In this document: one piece after another, positions 36,968 to 50,400 of the stretch
Position numbering within the stretch: position 1 is the first letter of the stretch
How the letters are laid out: the number at the start of each line of letters is the position of its first letter
Assembly: GCA_001662655.1 (NCBI GenBank)
Contig: KV460249.1
From: Pseudogymnoascus verrucosus
Taxonomy: Eukaryota
Length of the DNA stretch: 64,000 bases
Reading direction: 5' to 3' (one strand)
Translations under genes and position numbers: made by a program
The notes under the pieces: model-generated
Told to the model about the DNA's origin: nothing
The model's input: only the letters and a program-made list of their open reading frames with translations
Databases searched by the model: none

Positions 36968-39900
36968 TCCCCTACAAATTTTCACCTCGCCTCCGCCACT
37001 GTACATATCGCATACACTGCATCCATGTCCCGGATTTTCGCATTGCCGCATATCGATCCTAGAGATCCTAAGCCATAGGCGTTCCCCATCACACATGGCA
37101 TGTAAAGCAACAACACCAGCCGGCACTCCTGAAACCCCGCAGCACGAGCAAGGGGTCCAAGCAGTTCTAGCCGTCTTGAAATTGAGAAGCGGGAGGGAGA
37201 GCCAGTGGGAGTGGCAATGCCCTCATCTAGTTGCCAGATTAGGGATAGGAGGGATGATTCCTGGGAAGTACCGTCCCGAGGGCGGCATTTTTTCTCTGAA
37301 ACCCACTTACTCGAGCACGCCCCAAGTTTTAGTGGAGTGCGGTTGGTGCGCTCGAGCCCCAAGTTCGGGCTCCGGCAGAGTTCGGGCCAGAAGAGTGGTC
37401 AGTGCTCGGCGAGGGGAACGGGAAAGGGATGGGGCGGGAATGGAAGGTCAACAGATATCTACGGTACAAGATCGAGCTGCAAGGTCGAGGCCTTCATAAT
37501 TACCGCGGCTGGCGATGATCTTAATGTTTGTCCTTTTGTTCTGCCTGCCGAAACCCGCCGAAACCCACCGAAACCCACCGAAACGCGTCGACTAGCGTAA
37601 CGCGTTAACACAAGGGCTAAGAGTATTTGTGGTTGAAAATAAGACGACTAAGTACCTTCACATACTAGCTTAGTCGCAAAGGTACAGTATATCCATACGC
37701 TCCCATGTTATGCCACGGCTTACATAATACAAACTTGGCAACGACGCGGTAAAGCATCAACACTGGCAAATGCCGATCCCCCTCATCGCTAATCTTTTCC
37801 GACCTAGGTCTAATCTGTGATGGCATGTCTAGCGTGGTTGCGTGGTTGCGTGGCTGATTGACTGCCTGACCGCCTGACTGTCTTGCTACCTACAGTATCT
37901 GACTACTGTATCGAACAGCAAACCCACCCATGTGTCGATCTGGGGAAGCCGTGTTCTTCATGTTGCAGCGTTGCAGCAATGCGGGGATGCCCTGAAACTG
38001 CATATGCAGTGGTGGCTTCAAGAAACGTGCTGTCTGAGGCGTTAGCACATGGCACGCTGAGACATGCGGTGCCCAAGACTATCGGTGCCCACACTAAGGC
38101 GACAAGGGATTGCCAAGTCTTGGTGTGCTGACGACTCTCGATCTACGCTGAGGTGGGAACGCATGGGATTGCAGGGATTGCTAAGACTTCGAAGAGCGGA
38201 GATCACCCCATTCAGATGGGATTGCATGGGCTTGCCAGGTCCAGATGTATCCAAGGCCCTAAGACCCTAAGAGTGGCTATTAGTGGCTGTCAACATACGG
38301 CACCACCCCCAGTCAAACAAGATATCACACAATCCATCACATACCCCTTTCCACTAACAATGGTTTCCTGCAAGCACTGCTTTCCCCTCCACAGAACCCA
38401 CCCGCCCTTGCGGTCTAGCATTTCCCGAGTGGTAGGTGCAACAGCGCTCGGTTCTGTTAAATCACAAAAAGTAAATCACGGGTTGCTTTGCGGGGGCGTT
38501 AGCTTAGAGCGGGATGACCGCCAAGTGTGGCGTCCAATATGGCTCTGGGCAGTTCGCAAAACAATCTTATACACAATGGTCGTCAGTGCCTTCAGAAATA
38601 CGTGCAGATGACGCTGTCCTCGTACTTTTTGCAGTTGGAGATGGTTGTGCATCTGCTGGTTCAAATCATAACCCATCACTATTAACACTGATATTTGGCA
38701 GCAATCTTGTCAAACTCTTCTACAGCCTCGCCGGCTCAACATTCGTTACCCTGTTTTATTGCTTCAGTAACTTGCCGCAATGTCAGCGAACAATGGCCTC
38801 ACAGGCGCGCTGGAGACGACGACACTGCCCATTGCGATGACCATCAGCGCCTTTACTGCGATAGCATGGTATTTAGTCATCGACCTCAACGTTGTCATTT
38901 GGATGACCTTCAAAAGGCGCCACGGGCTCTACTTTTACAGTCTGCTCTGCGCGTCGTGGGGGATTGCATTATTCGCTCTGGCATTTCTCATGAAGTTTTT
39001 CAATATCTGGGAAAATCCTTATATCTCATGTACCTTTATTACCATTGGGTGGTATGCTATGGTTACAGGCCAGTCACTCGTTTTATATTCTCGACTCCAT
39101 CTCGTCGTTCACGATAAGCGCAATATCCGATGGGTCCTCTATATGATTATCACCAGCGTTGTCTTATTTCACTTTCCTACAACGGTCATGACTTTCGGGG
39201 TAAGTGCGATCAACCACAACCATGCACAGAAATCCGTGTTAAGTATGCTTTTAGGCAAATTCAGACAAGGCAGATCTCTTTGCCACTCCATACTCGATCA
39301 TGGAGAAGATTCAAGTCACAGCCTTCTGCATACAGGAATTTATCATCTCAGGCCTCTATATCTACGCAACACGACAGATCCTCAAGCCAGGAGGAACCTT
39401 CCAGAAGAAGCGCACACGCCAGGTCATGATGCACTTAATCTACGTCAACGTTATTGTCATGTTGATGGACATTACACTCCTCGGTACCGAGTACGCTAAC
39501 CTTTACGAAATCCAAATAACATTCAAAAGCGCTCTCTACAGCGTCAAATTACGACTCGAATTCGCTGTTCTCAACCAGCTGAGATCACTCGTGTTCCCAG
39601 GCGATGGCTCCGGCGGCAATCAAAGCAGCTCGAATCATAACCATCAGTCTAGACCAAGAGAGGGGACAGCCCTCCGTACACTCCAGGGCCAGGGCCACCA
39701 GGCAGATGAAGCAGCACAGTCAAACAATTATACGTGCTTTGCAAGTAGCAACAAACCGTCGCCGCTTTCTCGCCGTGGTGAGGATGATACTCGAGTGATA
39801 ATTGCGACTGAGGTTGTGGTGAAGACTGAAGATGCTTCCAAGACAAATCAGGGGGCTGGGACGAGGACGGATATCGTTGCGAATGGCAGAACGAGCAGGC

Positions 39901-40707
39901 AGAATGGGAAGCTTTCTCCAAGTTCATCAGAGGTGGAGTTCGCAAACGCTGGTTATTGACCGTCATGTAATAATAAGGGAGCTCGTTGAGATTGTATTCT
40001 AATAAGCTATATTAATGAGCAGATTAACAAGTTTGTTGCTAGGAGAAGCAACATACGTAGTTTGCAGGATAGGATTGATGAATATTAGGGATTTCAAGGC
40101 TAGCGGTCCTCGCAATAATTTAAAGCTGCCTTTTCACAAACTGTGTCACTGTACTGATCCCTTGATGTGCATGTTAACGTACTAGTAATTGCCATTGCAG
40201 AATCGAGCACTTACAGAGGGACGAACCAGGCGCTTGCGTATAGTTAGGGTATGCCGGTCCGAGCCCATCAAAAGTCTTACACTGCTGGATCTCTCCATGG
40301 CTAATGCCTATCCTACCGCACTAATATAATGAACTAAAATTATCGAGATATAATGCGGGAGAAGAACTTGGAAGGCCAGCTCATGCAGATACAGAATTAT
40401 TTATTCACACTTGAAGTACTAGTTGCACAACCCTGCACTATGCCATTCACCGTAGCAGCCCCAGGCATACTCATCGCTATATTTCCTCAATCTACCACCA
40501 CAACCTCTTGTTCGCCTCGAAATCCTGGCTCATCCCGAAACGTCCTCTAGGTATGAGTGTAGTTTGTACTCGCGACGGGGGCACGGGACACGGGTAGCGG
40601 TCGATGGTAGAAAGGCGGGGATAGTGAATTTGGCTGGGGGGGAGCGGGCCGCCGGGGTGAGGGCGGGAGAGGATAGGGGATGGCGTGGCAAGTCTCAGCA
40701 GCGAGGG
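36968..40707. mobile_element. 3740-bp TIR-less insertion with a 4-bp direct repeat (AGGG) inside the CSC1 gene, carrying one cargo gene
   Basis: AGGG at 36964-36967 and 40704-40707. Removing the insert restores the frame ELRSYTRPCRSVRAFEE. Confidence 0.65.
38780..39959 (+). CDS. Fungal multi-pass integral membrane protein (DUF7703-like), apparently intact, one intron ~39200-39254
   Basis: GLYFYSLLCASWGI, GWYAMVTGQSLVLYSRLHLV, EKIQVTAFCIQEFIISGLY and YSVKLRLEFAVLNQL motifs; 6-7 hydrophobic helices. Confidence 0.85.
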
Positions 40708-41054
40708 CCGTGTGTAACTCCGCAGTTCCGCTTGCAAGATCAGACACACAGATATAGCCACAAAAACTGCTGAAACGAGGTGCGTCCAGTACCGGTAAGG
40801 GTGTGAGAACCCAACATTTGAGAAACTCAGCCGATCCAATCCCTTCACCCCCACGGTCTCGCTTTTGCCGCCGAGATTTATCGGCAGGAGGATAGGCAGC
40901 AATGACAAACCTAATAAAATAAATATCCTCAATAGCGTATGCATATATCGATCAAATAGATAGTTCTCGAGGCCAGATAGTTGGTCCGAACTGGGGTCTT
41001 GCATGGGGAGAAAGATCATCCGTGGCCACACCGCCACGGCTCGCCATCTCGGCT

Positions 41055-44000
41055 CAGTGTTCCCCGGATACGTATCCGGATACTATCCGTGAACTCTACG
41101 GATAGGATACAGTATCCGTGAGAAATCCATAGATATGTATCCGGATATCCAGATATGTATCCGGATACATGAGGCTTAAGGCTATAATAGAGTATATAAA
41201 AATGTAATTGAAGCTCATAGCTATACTCTATATATACAATAACTCCTATTCCTCCCGCTCATCGTCTGCATCACTATCATCTGCCTCTAGTAAATGGCCC
41301 CAATCCTGTAAGCAAAGTAGATATCTAACTGTTGATGGCGACAGTCTGTTCCGTTTCTTAGTAATAATATCACTACCATTGCTAAATACCTGTTCTGATG
41401 CAGCTAATGTTGTAGGGATTGCAAGATGATCTCTTACAATCTTTGCAATAACTAGATATTAGTACTGCTTTACAGCCTAATATTTGAGTATATCAGTCTA
41501 TAGTCTAGGACAGCCCTCGTTGTTCTCCATTCTAGCTCTTAATGAGAGGTTGCAGTTGTGACATATAAATCATCATTAGAGTCTAGCTCTAGTTGCTCCT
41601 CAACTTCTAATTGAATCTGTTGCTCAATTCTCTCATTAGTAAGCTAATACTCACAGCTATTATACTAGTTGTATACAGCCCTAAATTAAGCTAATACTCG
41701 ATGCCTTTTAGCATTCTCAATGCTAGTTGGCCATAGCCTCTAAAATACAGTAAGATTCATCTGTAGATCACAAACTGTAGCTACAGCTAAGTGACTATAA
41801 CGCTAGCTTGTTGTTAAAGTATAGTATTTGTTAAGTTTAAGCAACGCAGCTATATAAGCTAGGCCAATTGTCGTCTGGTTACTAACTGCCTAAATTGTCA
41901 TTTTAAGTCTCTCAATCATCTTAAGATATTTTGGAATAACGTAGTTTAGAGTTGGGTAGGCGCTTGCTTGCATCTTTTAAGACGGGCTTAAAAAGATCTT
42001 AAACAAATCCTTAAGACTCTAAATAATTGTCTAATCTTCTAAAGTAAGAGCAATCTCTCTTATACTTAGATTAAAAGTCTGTGTAGCACATATAGTAGTT
42101 ATAGGATCTTGTAAGTACTTTGTAGTTATAAGCATATAGTATGTAGAATTCCATTGAATTAGCATGTTAAGCGTTAGCTGTCAAGGCTTAAGACTAGCTG
42201 TAAGTGCTTGCCTTCGTAGAGCGTCGTTCTATTGCCTTTGATTCTAGAATACATATATATGCCTCTATAGCTTTGCTAGAGTTATCATAATCTCTATATT
42301 GCTCTCAACTGTATACGGAATCTAAGCTACGCCTAGCTCACATCAATAATCATTAATCTCTACTAATGGGTCAGCTTTTAAGGCTTTAAGAGTAGCTTAA
42401 ACTACAAGATTGATAATATAGGCAATATAGCGTACGTTACCTTCCTTAACAGTAAAGGGCCATGGTTGTTAAGATGAAATTGGATAGGCTTTAGCTAGTT
42501 TCTTAAACTTAGACAGCATTATATTATTAACTGAGGCGTTGTCCTAAGTGCAAGTAAAGATAGCTCTTATAATGCCCATTCCGTCTGTAACAGCTTATAA
42601 CTCCTCTACAAGATATTCACTGCTATGAATAGGCTCTTTAAGATGTATTACATTAAGCAAAGCTAACCGTTGCTGCCATTTATCATTAATCTAATGACTA
42701 GTAACTGCTGCAAACTAGGTATAGTTGCGAGCTAACTAGGCGTCTGTTGTAATTGATATTCGTCCTCTACTCTTAATATGAGAATCAAGCTCTACAATTA
42801 ACTGCCCTCGGTGATATGAGAATTAGCAGAGCAGCTCACAGCTAACAGTTGTAGTAGATATACTAAGTGTAGTTAGGCTTAGGAAGTGTACTAGTTGACG
42901 GTATGTGTAGCTCTCTACAATACTCAAAGATAGGTTATTTAATAACGTAAGTCGTGGCGTACTGCGTCTAATGGCGTAATGCGTCTATGTACCTTTATAG
43001 CGGAATTTATATGTAAAGGTACTTAAATCCTAAAACTTCAAACTTAAATAACTCTGTTAATAAAAATACTAGAGCTTATTCCTCTTATATATAAGATGTT
43101 TATATACTTATACTTATATAATCACTAACATAATTATATAAGCTAGCCTTACATAGAAGATATTAGTAAATGTAGATTTACTATACTAATGTTTTATATA
43201 GTAAATACTTAAACCTTTAATAACTTATACAAGTTAATGTGTATGTTACTAGGGTTCTTATATATAAAATACTAGTCTATATAGATCCTATATATAAGAG
43301 GAATAAGTTCTAGTATTTTTATTAATAGAGTTATTTAAGTTTGAAGTTTTAGGATTTAAGTACCTTTACATATAAATTCTGCTGTAAAGTTACATAGACG
43401 CATTACGCCATTAGACGCAGTACGCTACAACTTACGTTACAATAAATTGTATTAACAATTCTCTATATTTTACTTAGTGGAGTGCTAGCTTAAGTGTAGG
43501 CTGTAGTAGCTAGTAAGGCTTAAAAAAGGATGATGAATTGCTGCTTAAAGCGCTAGATATAGCGATATTGCTGTTCTTGCTATTGTGTAGCTACTCTAAA
43601 GTAGGGTGCTTTCTCTTATAATGCAACTATAAGTTGCCTGTTAAGTTCTAGGTTGTAAGTTAGGGTAGCGGCTTATAGCTGCAGCCTAGCTAAAGGCATT
43701 TATACTGTATAGTTAAAGGTGCTGTTTTAAGTAGTAAACGGCTATATAGCCTTGTAGAGAAGAGTGATGTTTTAGTAATAGGCAAACTATAGTGTAGTAG
43801 CGGCTATAAGTAGACTAGCGTTTTTAATGTAGACAGCAGTAGAATAGGGGTATTTAAGGGCAGGAGATTTAATTCTTAATAGCCTATAGGGGCTTTAATA
43901 TTAGTAGGAGCATCTAACAAAGGCAAGTCGCTCATTTTGTCTATAGTAACAAAGTTATAGTAAAGCAACTCTCAACTCTTCCTATTAACGGTAACAGTAA

Positions 44001-44174
44001 GCGTAACGATGAATTTTCTAGGCTTGGCTATTCTTAGCTATTCTTAGCAGGTATCTAGATATGTATCTGTAGATACTTATAGTATCTAGATACTCGTCGA
44101 ATTCTTAAGGATATAAGTATCTAGATACAAGTATCTAGATACCCTAGATACTTAGGTATCTATAGGGATCACTA
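41055..44174 (-). mobile_element. hAT DNA transposon (RIP-mutated) with 8-bp TSD
   Basis: TIR CAGTGTTCCCCGGATAC / GTATCTATAGGGATCACTA; TSD TCTCGGCT / TCTTAGCT; subterminal GTATCCGGATAC repeats. The transposase relic (ATG ~43935) has a hATC dimerisation motif, LAIPTTLAASEQVFS...RNRLSP. Confidence 0.92.
42945..43437. mobile_element. Pogo/Fot1-type (Tc1-mariner) MITE with ~150-bp TIRs and TA TSD, nested in the hAT transposase
   Basis: TA-ACGTAAG...CTTACGT-TA ends and long inverted arms. Excision restores the transposase frame FIVLNNL. Confidence 0.88.
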
Positions 44175-44499
44175 TCTTAGCTTAACATCTAAATATATCC
44201 TAGAGCAATGAGGACTTTAGCTACTAGCCTATATGAAAAGCATGCGCAACTTACTATAACTAGAGCTACTATGCCCTAAAGACGACATAAACTAAGGTGA
44301 CAAATCCACATAAAACGACTAACACTACTAAAGAGGTGAGGAATGATTAGAAAGTCTAGCCTTAAGCCTTTTAAGCTTTTCCTAAGGTAATAAATGCATC
44401 GATGATGTTATTCATCGTTTAAATAAAGGCTGGTCTAAAATGCCTATAAAATATTCCTTATAGAAGGAAAGAAACAAAACTTCATATCTTCTTAGATGC

Positions 44500-47400
44500 C
44501 TCTTTAGCCCCTATGTTGTTAGTGGCCCCATCTAATGATCTACTACTATAAGCCTGCTATAGTGTACCTCCTTTATAACGGCCCCTTACATGTCTATAGA
44601 CCATTAAATGAGCTAATCATATACTTCCTTAAGTCTTGCAGCCCTCCTAAATGCTGTTAGCAATATCTATGGCTACGTTAGTGTAAGATGTACTGTAAAG
44701 TAATATTAACCTTAGTAGACGCCTCTTTAACTTTGTTGTAGGCGTTGTTAGCTATCTTAGAAAAGTCACTTAGAGCCTAGCTCTAGTTGTAAATCCTGTC
44801 TCGTTGTTAGCGTATATCATTAGTCGTTAATAGTATGAGTTTACATCTGTCTAAGTTGCTGCATCTCTAATGTAAGATCGCTAAAACCCCTACTCTAGCC
44901 TAAAGTAGGCAGGGATTCTTAAGGTAGTCTGTCCTAAGGGCTCTAGCTATGATCTTAATAGTAATTAGGCGCGTTTGTGTTAATGGTGGAGTTTTCTTGT
45001 ACCTAAGTCTTAAGTGTAGCGATATCTAAGTTAGAAATAGTGTTAACACCTAGATTAGGGATAGTTGTGTCTATAACGGTATAGGTGCTTTGTTCATTTA
45101 GAGTCTCGTTGAAGAATACACCCTAATTAATGTCGCCTTCGTTCTCTATAATTATTATAAGATCGTTATTAGATTCTATCCTTAAAATGGCGTATGTATT
45201 AGGTATATAAACACCTAGGACATATGGTTGTGTAGTTATTAGTTATGCTAAAGACAAACTAACAAGTGCTATGCGTGTTACTGTTAGACTAGACTAGCAT
45301 TTACAAGGGCTAGGTCTGCAAACTAGATCCTAAATAACGTCGTATTACCCTAAAGTATTGTTTTAGCCAGCTATTCTCCTACCTAACAGCTTAGTTAGAC
45401 TAATGACGCTTAGTTATCACTACCTATTAGGAAATATAAATGCCCTACGAAGGCGCGTAACAAGGGCAAATTTTGTCTAACTATAGAGTGAAATTAGATT
45501 AAATTTTCTAACCTAATAGCTTAGTTAGCCTAATTACATTTAGTTATTAGCATTTATTAGGAAATATAAATGCCTTACGGGGGCGTATAACAAGGGTAAC
45601 AAAAAGTCTAGGACTTCTAGTCTATAATGAGGAAACGAATGGGTTAAATAGATCCCCCTCTATCGCGATTGAAATTTCATGCCATTACTTCGAATAATGT
45701 CTATAGAACGAAAAGAGTAGGGCACTAAGGAGTTAGAGTTGCTTTAATACGTAAAAGCTTATAATACAACAGCTAAAAACGAGTACCTTACAAGATTATT
45801 TAATGAGAAGAGTAGTAGAAAACGGACACTACATGCAATCTAGTTTTAGTTAAAGAGACTTAGGAAGTTGGCGCAAGAGTCGGTCGCGAAACGCTTTAGC
45901 CTAGAACGTAGTAGTACGGAACTACGCGATAGTGCAAATACCTACAATAGTGCAGATCCCTACGACAGTACAGATCCCTGCAACAGTACGTATCTACTAC
46001 ACCCTGTCTGTTACCAGCTAATTTTATTGTTTAGAAGTAACCATTATTATACTAAGGCATCCTCTAATTATCTCCCGTCAATTGCGCAACGCGACTTTAC
46101 TCTGTAGATATAGCAAGTTATCTACACAACTCTAATCAAACTAACAGCTCGCTTTTATAAGTAGACCCTTACTAATAGATAACGACTTAGATTGGTACAT
46201 TAAGCTACTAAATAAGCTGCGAAAAATAGTAATTGAGTAGGTGCTGTAGGGCTAATGTATTTCCGTAGACTATTTATTCTATTCACTTCTGCTCGTTTGC
46301 GTATTGTGTGTAGTAGGGCGAGAAGTAGTTAGGGGAGGGTAGTAAGGATTTAGTAATTAGGATCGACGTAGTTTGTAGCTGTTATAGTCGGCTAATTATG
46401 CCTTATCCTATAGTTTCTAAGGAGGGGTATAGCCTAGCTGTAGCAATTGGCGTAGTAGGGTGTGTGCAAAACTAACACTTAAGTTTTTTCTAAGAAACAA
46501 ACATATAATTGCTTCGCCATCGTTGCCCTGTCTATAACCGCACGTTATGTAGGAACATATCTAGCTAGTGATATTCTAGAGCAAGGGTAACTACATAAGG
46601 ATAACCATTACCCTAGATAGCCATAAGCCATGCGATAACTTATTCCTTATACATACTATGCTTAAAGCAGACAAACCATCCTTTGTAATATAAGTTGCAT
46701 TATAATGTCTCAATCTGATAGCAACTCTAATGTACGCATTTAGCCTATATTTCATAATAGTATTCTAACTCTAAATAGATTTCTATAGGGCACTGCGATA
46801 AGTGTAATGAGATGTCAACTTAGAGTTTCCTAGGAGACTTCTATAGAAGAGTTGAGAACTCTAACTAACTTGCTGCAAGACTAGAGGAGGATCTGCGCTA
46901 ATGTTCCGTTTCTATACACTATGCTAGTCTTCTAATTACACAATATAAACAAGTCCTTGTAGAGTACTAGGCTAGGATTAAGCAAGAGCGCCTTAAACAT
47001 AGCATAACTTAGAAAGCGCTTAAGTTCGAGCAGCACAATCATAGAGACACTGCTAGACTATTTGATCTCACATATAATGCTGTTAGTAAAAGTTGTGCGC
47101 TTATAGATGGCCTTAGAGCTTAGGTTGCCGAGCTTGAAGGGGGATTAGAACTAGTAACGACTATTCTAAAAACGGCAGAGTTGTTGCTTAAGCTCTAATT
47201 AAGCAGAGCCGAGGTAAGGCAACTTAAAGGCGTTATGTTGTCTTAATGCTAAATCTATAGGGATGCTTAACAGTTAGCGAATAAGGGACTTACTTAGGGT
47301 GAATGCTAAGAATGTAACTAGAGGTATATAGGACGTTATAGTAGGGATTAGTACAAGATTAGATAGAGTACTAAATTAATGAAATATGTATAGTGCTAAT

Positions 47401-50400
47401 GTTAGGTATAATGTGTATTGTAACACCTGCATAATCTAGGCCTAGTAAGTTAGCTGTTCTAACTAGTGGATCTTAACAGTAAGGTAGTAGCGTTAAAGTA
47501 ATGGCCCCTAATCCTAACTAGGTCATCTCTACAATGCATAGTAGCCCTTAGCAATAAGTAGGCCGCCTTTAGAGTAATGCCCCTTTTAACTTTAATTATA
47601 AGCTATAGTGATTCCATCTACTTTAAGAAGACCCCTTCTAACAAGTAACAGCATAATTTTGTATAGTACAATTACTATAGGATATTTGATGCTAATTCCA
47701 TTTAACTTATTCCCATCTATAGGAGTAACATACAAGCTATAATGCCTATGCTATTACAGCAGCCTTTAAGATCAATTAATGGCTCATTAAGGCCACTAGA
47801 AGTCAATTCGCTTAACTACGCTATCGCTTGCTAAAATGGGTCTACCTTAGTTCTTAACTTATCTTCACGTAGACTTTAGCTGTTAAAGTCTAAGCTAAAG
47901 CTTAATCTTATAACTAGGGTTAAACAGCTTATAAAGGAGACTAGTTACTTACGTTAAGAGATTAAGTTTTATCAGCAATGTTTTAGGGACTTACAACAAC
48001 TCTGTAAGTCGTTATTTAACGTCTATTAGCAGCTTTTTCTTACATCTATATCCTTAATCTTACTAGAGCATTTATAGAAGCTTGTTGCTTAGCTACATAA
48101 TGCGCTTAAGAAGTTAGTAAGGATAGAGGTTAAGGTAGAAAAGGAGTAGAAGGAATTTTAGGGCTTAAAATGCAGCTTTAACGAACTATGTAGTAGGCAA
48201 ACGATCTGAAACTAACTGAATTTTTAATGGCAGTGATATTTATACCTAAGAATGATTATATATAGAAATTCTCTAATTTATAAACGACCTCCCTAAACCC
48301 CGCCTCCTTGTGTTGTAGCAGAAGCGCATGATTTGCAATGCCTAAACAACCTCAAATAACATTTTAGACCTAGAGTTAATATTTAACGTTCCCTGCAATA
48401 GGCGGTGGCATAACTGATATATAATGAATCTAGTATTGCACCCGTAGCACTAGAAGTGGCTGCATTTAGGCAGCTTGTAGGCAACTTTAGGAGTAGCTGT
48501 CTAACTAGTGTTGTAAATACAACAACGCTAATGCTAAGGCATGTTTGTAGGGTGTAGATAAGGATGTTAAAAGAGTTGAATGGTTTTCGCTACATATAGT
48601 GTGATTAGTTGCAAGCTATGTTAAAGGAAGTACTTTAATAGGGCCATTTTGCTACCCTTTATCTTAGGTACACAATGCTTTGTAACCTCTGTGTTTCCCT
48701 AGGCCTATATATACATAGGTGCGTGTTAACAGGGCCTACGTTTACCTAGGTAACTATTGCAGATTAAAGATTAGTTCATAGTATAGGTAACGTTAGAGTT
48801 ACTGCATTACTATACTAAAGTTGTACATATGAAAACATAGAGTACTATGTACTACGAAATCAAACAAAAATACTAATTAATTTTCCACTAGTCTACCCAT
48901 CCTATTTTCCATTCTTATTAGCGATTATACCTAGGCTGTTATAGCATTCCTTTACAACTAAAGTCTATATTAAGCTCTACATTTATATTTAAGGGCGGTG
49001 GCTAGTAATCTAGCTCGATAAAGCGTACACTAGCACTTACATTCCTCTAAACCTCTTAACGGACTTAGTCGGTCATAATGTTGCTAGAGCATACTAGATT
49101 TAGTTAGATATTTCCCTTAACGTTAACGTTCTTATACTAGAAACAATCATCCTTCCCATCTTTCCTTTAATCTACGTTTTGACTATTTCTATGATGTCTA
49201 GAGTACTAGAGTGCTTATCTAACATCTTATGTTCACTATAATTTTTAACCCTAGGCTTTCCTAAGGCTAGCTTCTTAATCTCTTCATTAGAGTCTACGTT
49301 ATCTAACATCTATAGGACATATAGATATATGTTTAGGATCTAAGGAAGATTAGTACTAGATTAAGACAGAATAAGATCCTTATATATCCTATATCCATTT
49401 CTATCACAGCATCCATCTACTATTTTACCTACTAGAGATAGGCTAGAACATTAGAAGACATCCTAAGAAACAATAGAAGGGGCTTACACCTCTGTCATCT
49501 ACTTACTAGATAAGAACAATGCGACGGGTGCTAACATTGCAACTGTTATACCTGCTAACAAGCTCTCTAATATATAACATGTAGCTAGTAATACCTAGGC
49601 TAGTTGCAAACATTAAGACTGTCCTATATTCCCTAAAATTGTGCTATAAACCATACGGACCATTAATTAAGGATACAAGCTTTTTATTCTAAAGTCCGTT
49701 GAGTTTCTTAGTAAATCGTTAGGTTAGATCTATAAGAAGAAAGATCGTGAGGCCATCTATGTTTCGTTCCTACTAAACAATTAAGAACGGGTGGCTTTGC
49801 AGCACTAACGTTATCTTAGCAGTAGGGATCGAGAGGAAGATGTATTAGCCCGCCTTAACATGCTATAGTCAGGCAACGTTAACTACTACCTTCATTACGC
49901 TAGGAAGCCCTATTACTCTCGCCTTAGCAAGTATTCTACTACTAGCGACGTTTCTAAATATAAAATACACCTAGTGAAGCATAGTTACAACTGTCTATAA
50001 AATAACACTAGCTAGGAAGAAGCTTCTCGCTACAAGCTTCTTTAAAGGGAGGTAGAACTAGAGAGCTACTAATAAAACAGCAGTGAGTATTAGGTGTAAT
50101 CGAGGAAACCACTTGTACATAATGTCTCTAAGGAGGTGAAGTAAGAAGACAAAAAGTAAACTAAGCGATGAGCTGCCCTTTTAGTGTGTTAGTTGCGTCT
50201 TAGGTTTATGTAACAAAATGAGATCATATAATGACGCTAGAGAGCTTTATGGCTGTCTACGCAAACGGCTGCTTGCTAATAACAGAAATAATTATATACA
50301 GGAGAGCCTTAGCGATTGCAGTCCTGCCTATCTACTTATGAATTCCAAAATGGGTGTAGAGCGAGATACCTAGCATCTCTAATGCCAAAGCAAGCCGTGG

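Larger units (their letters stand above)
35048..44415 (-). pseudogene. CSC1/OSCA/TMEM63 (DUF221) channel pseudogene in three pieces: 44175-44415, 40704-41054 and 35048-36967
   Basis: SFLTSLVV N-terminal TM; GLENYLFDRY..LLPILLPIN, GLDRLSFSNV and RYWTHL; FTFLFIQVFLV, NLPKASNYFFSY, GLIYSVIAPLIL and GQFYPTAIRQLFT. TAG replaces Trp/Gln codons. Confidence 0.88.
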
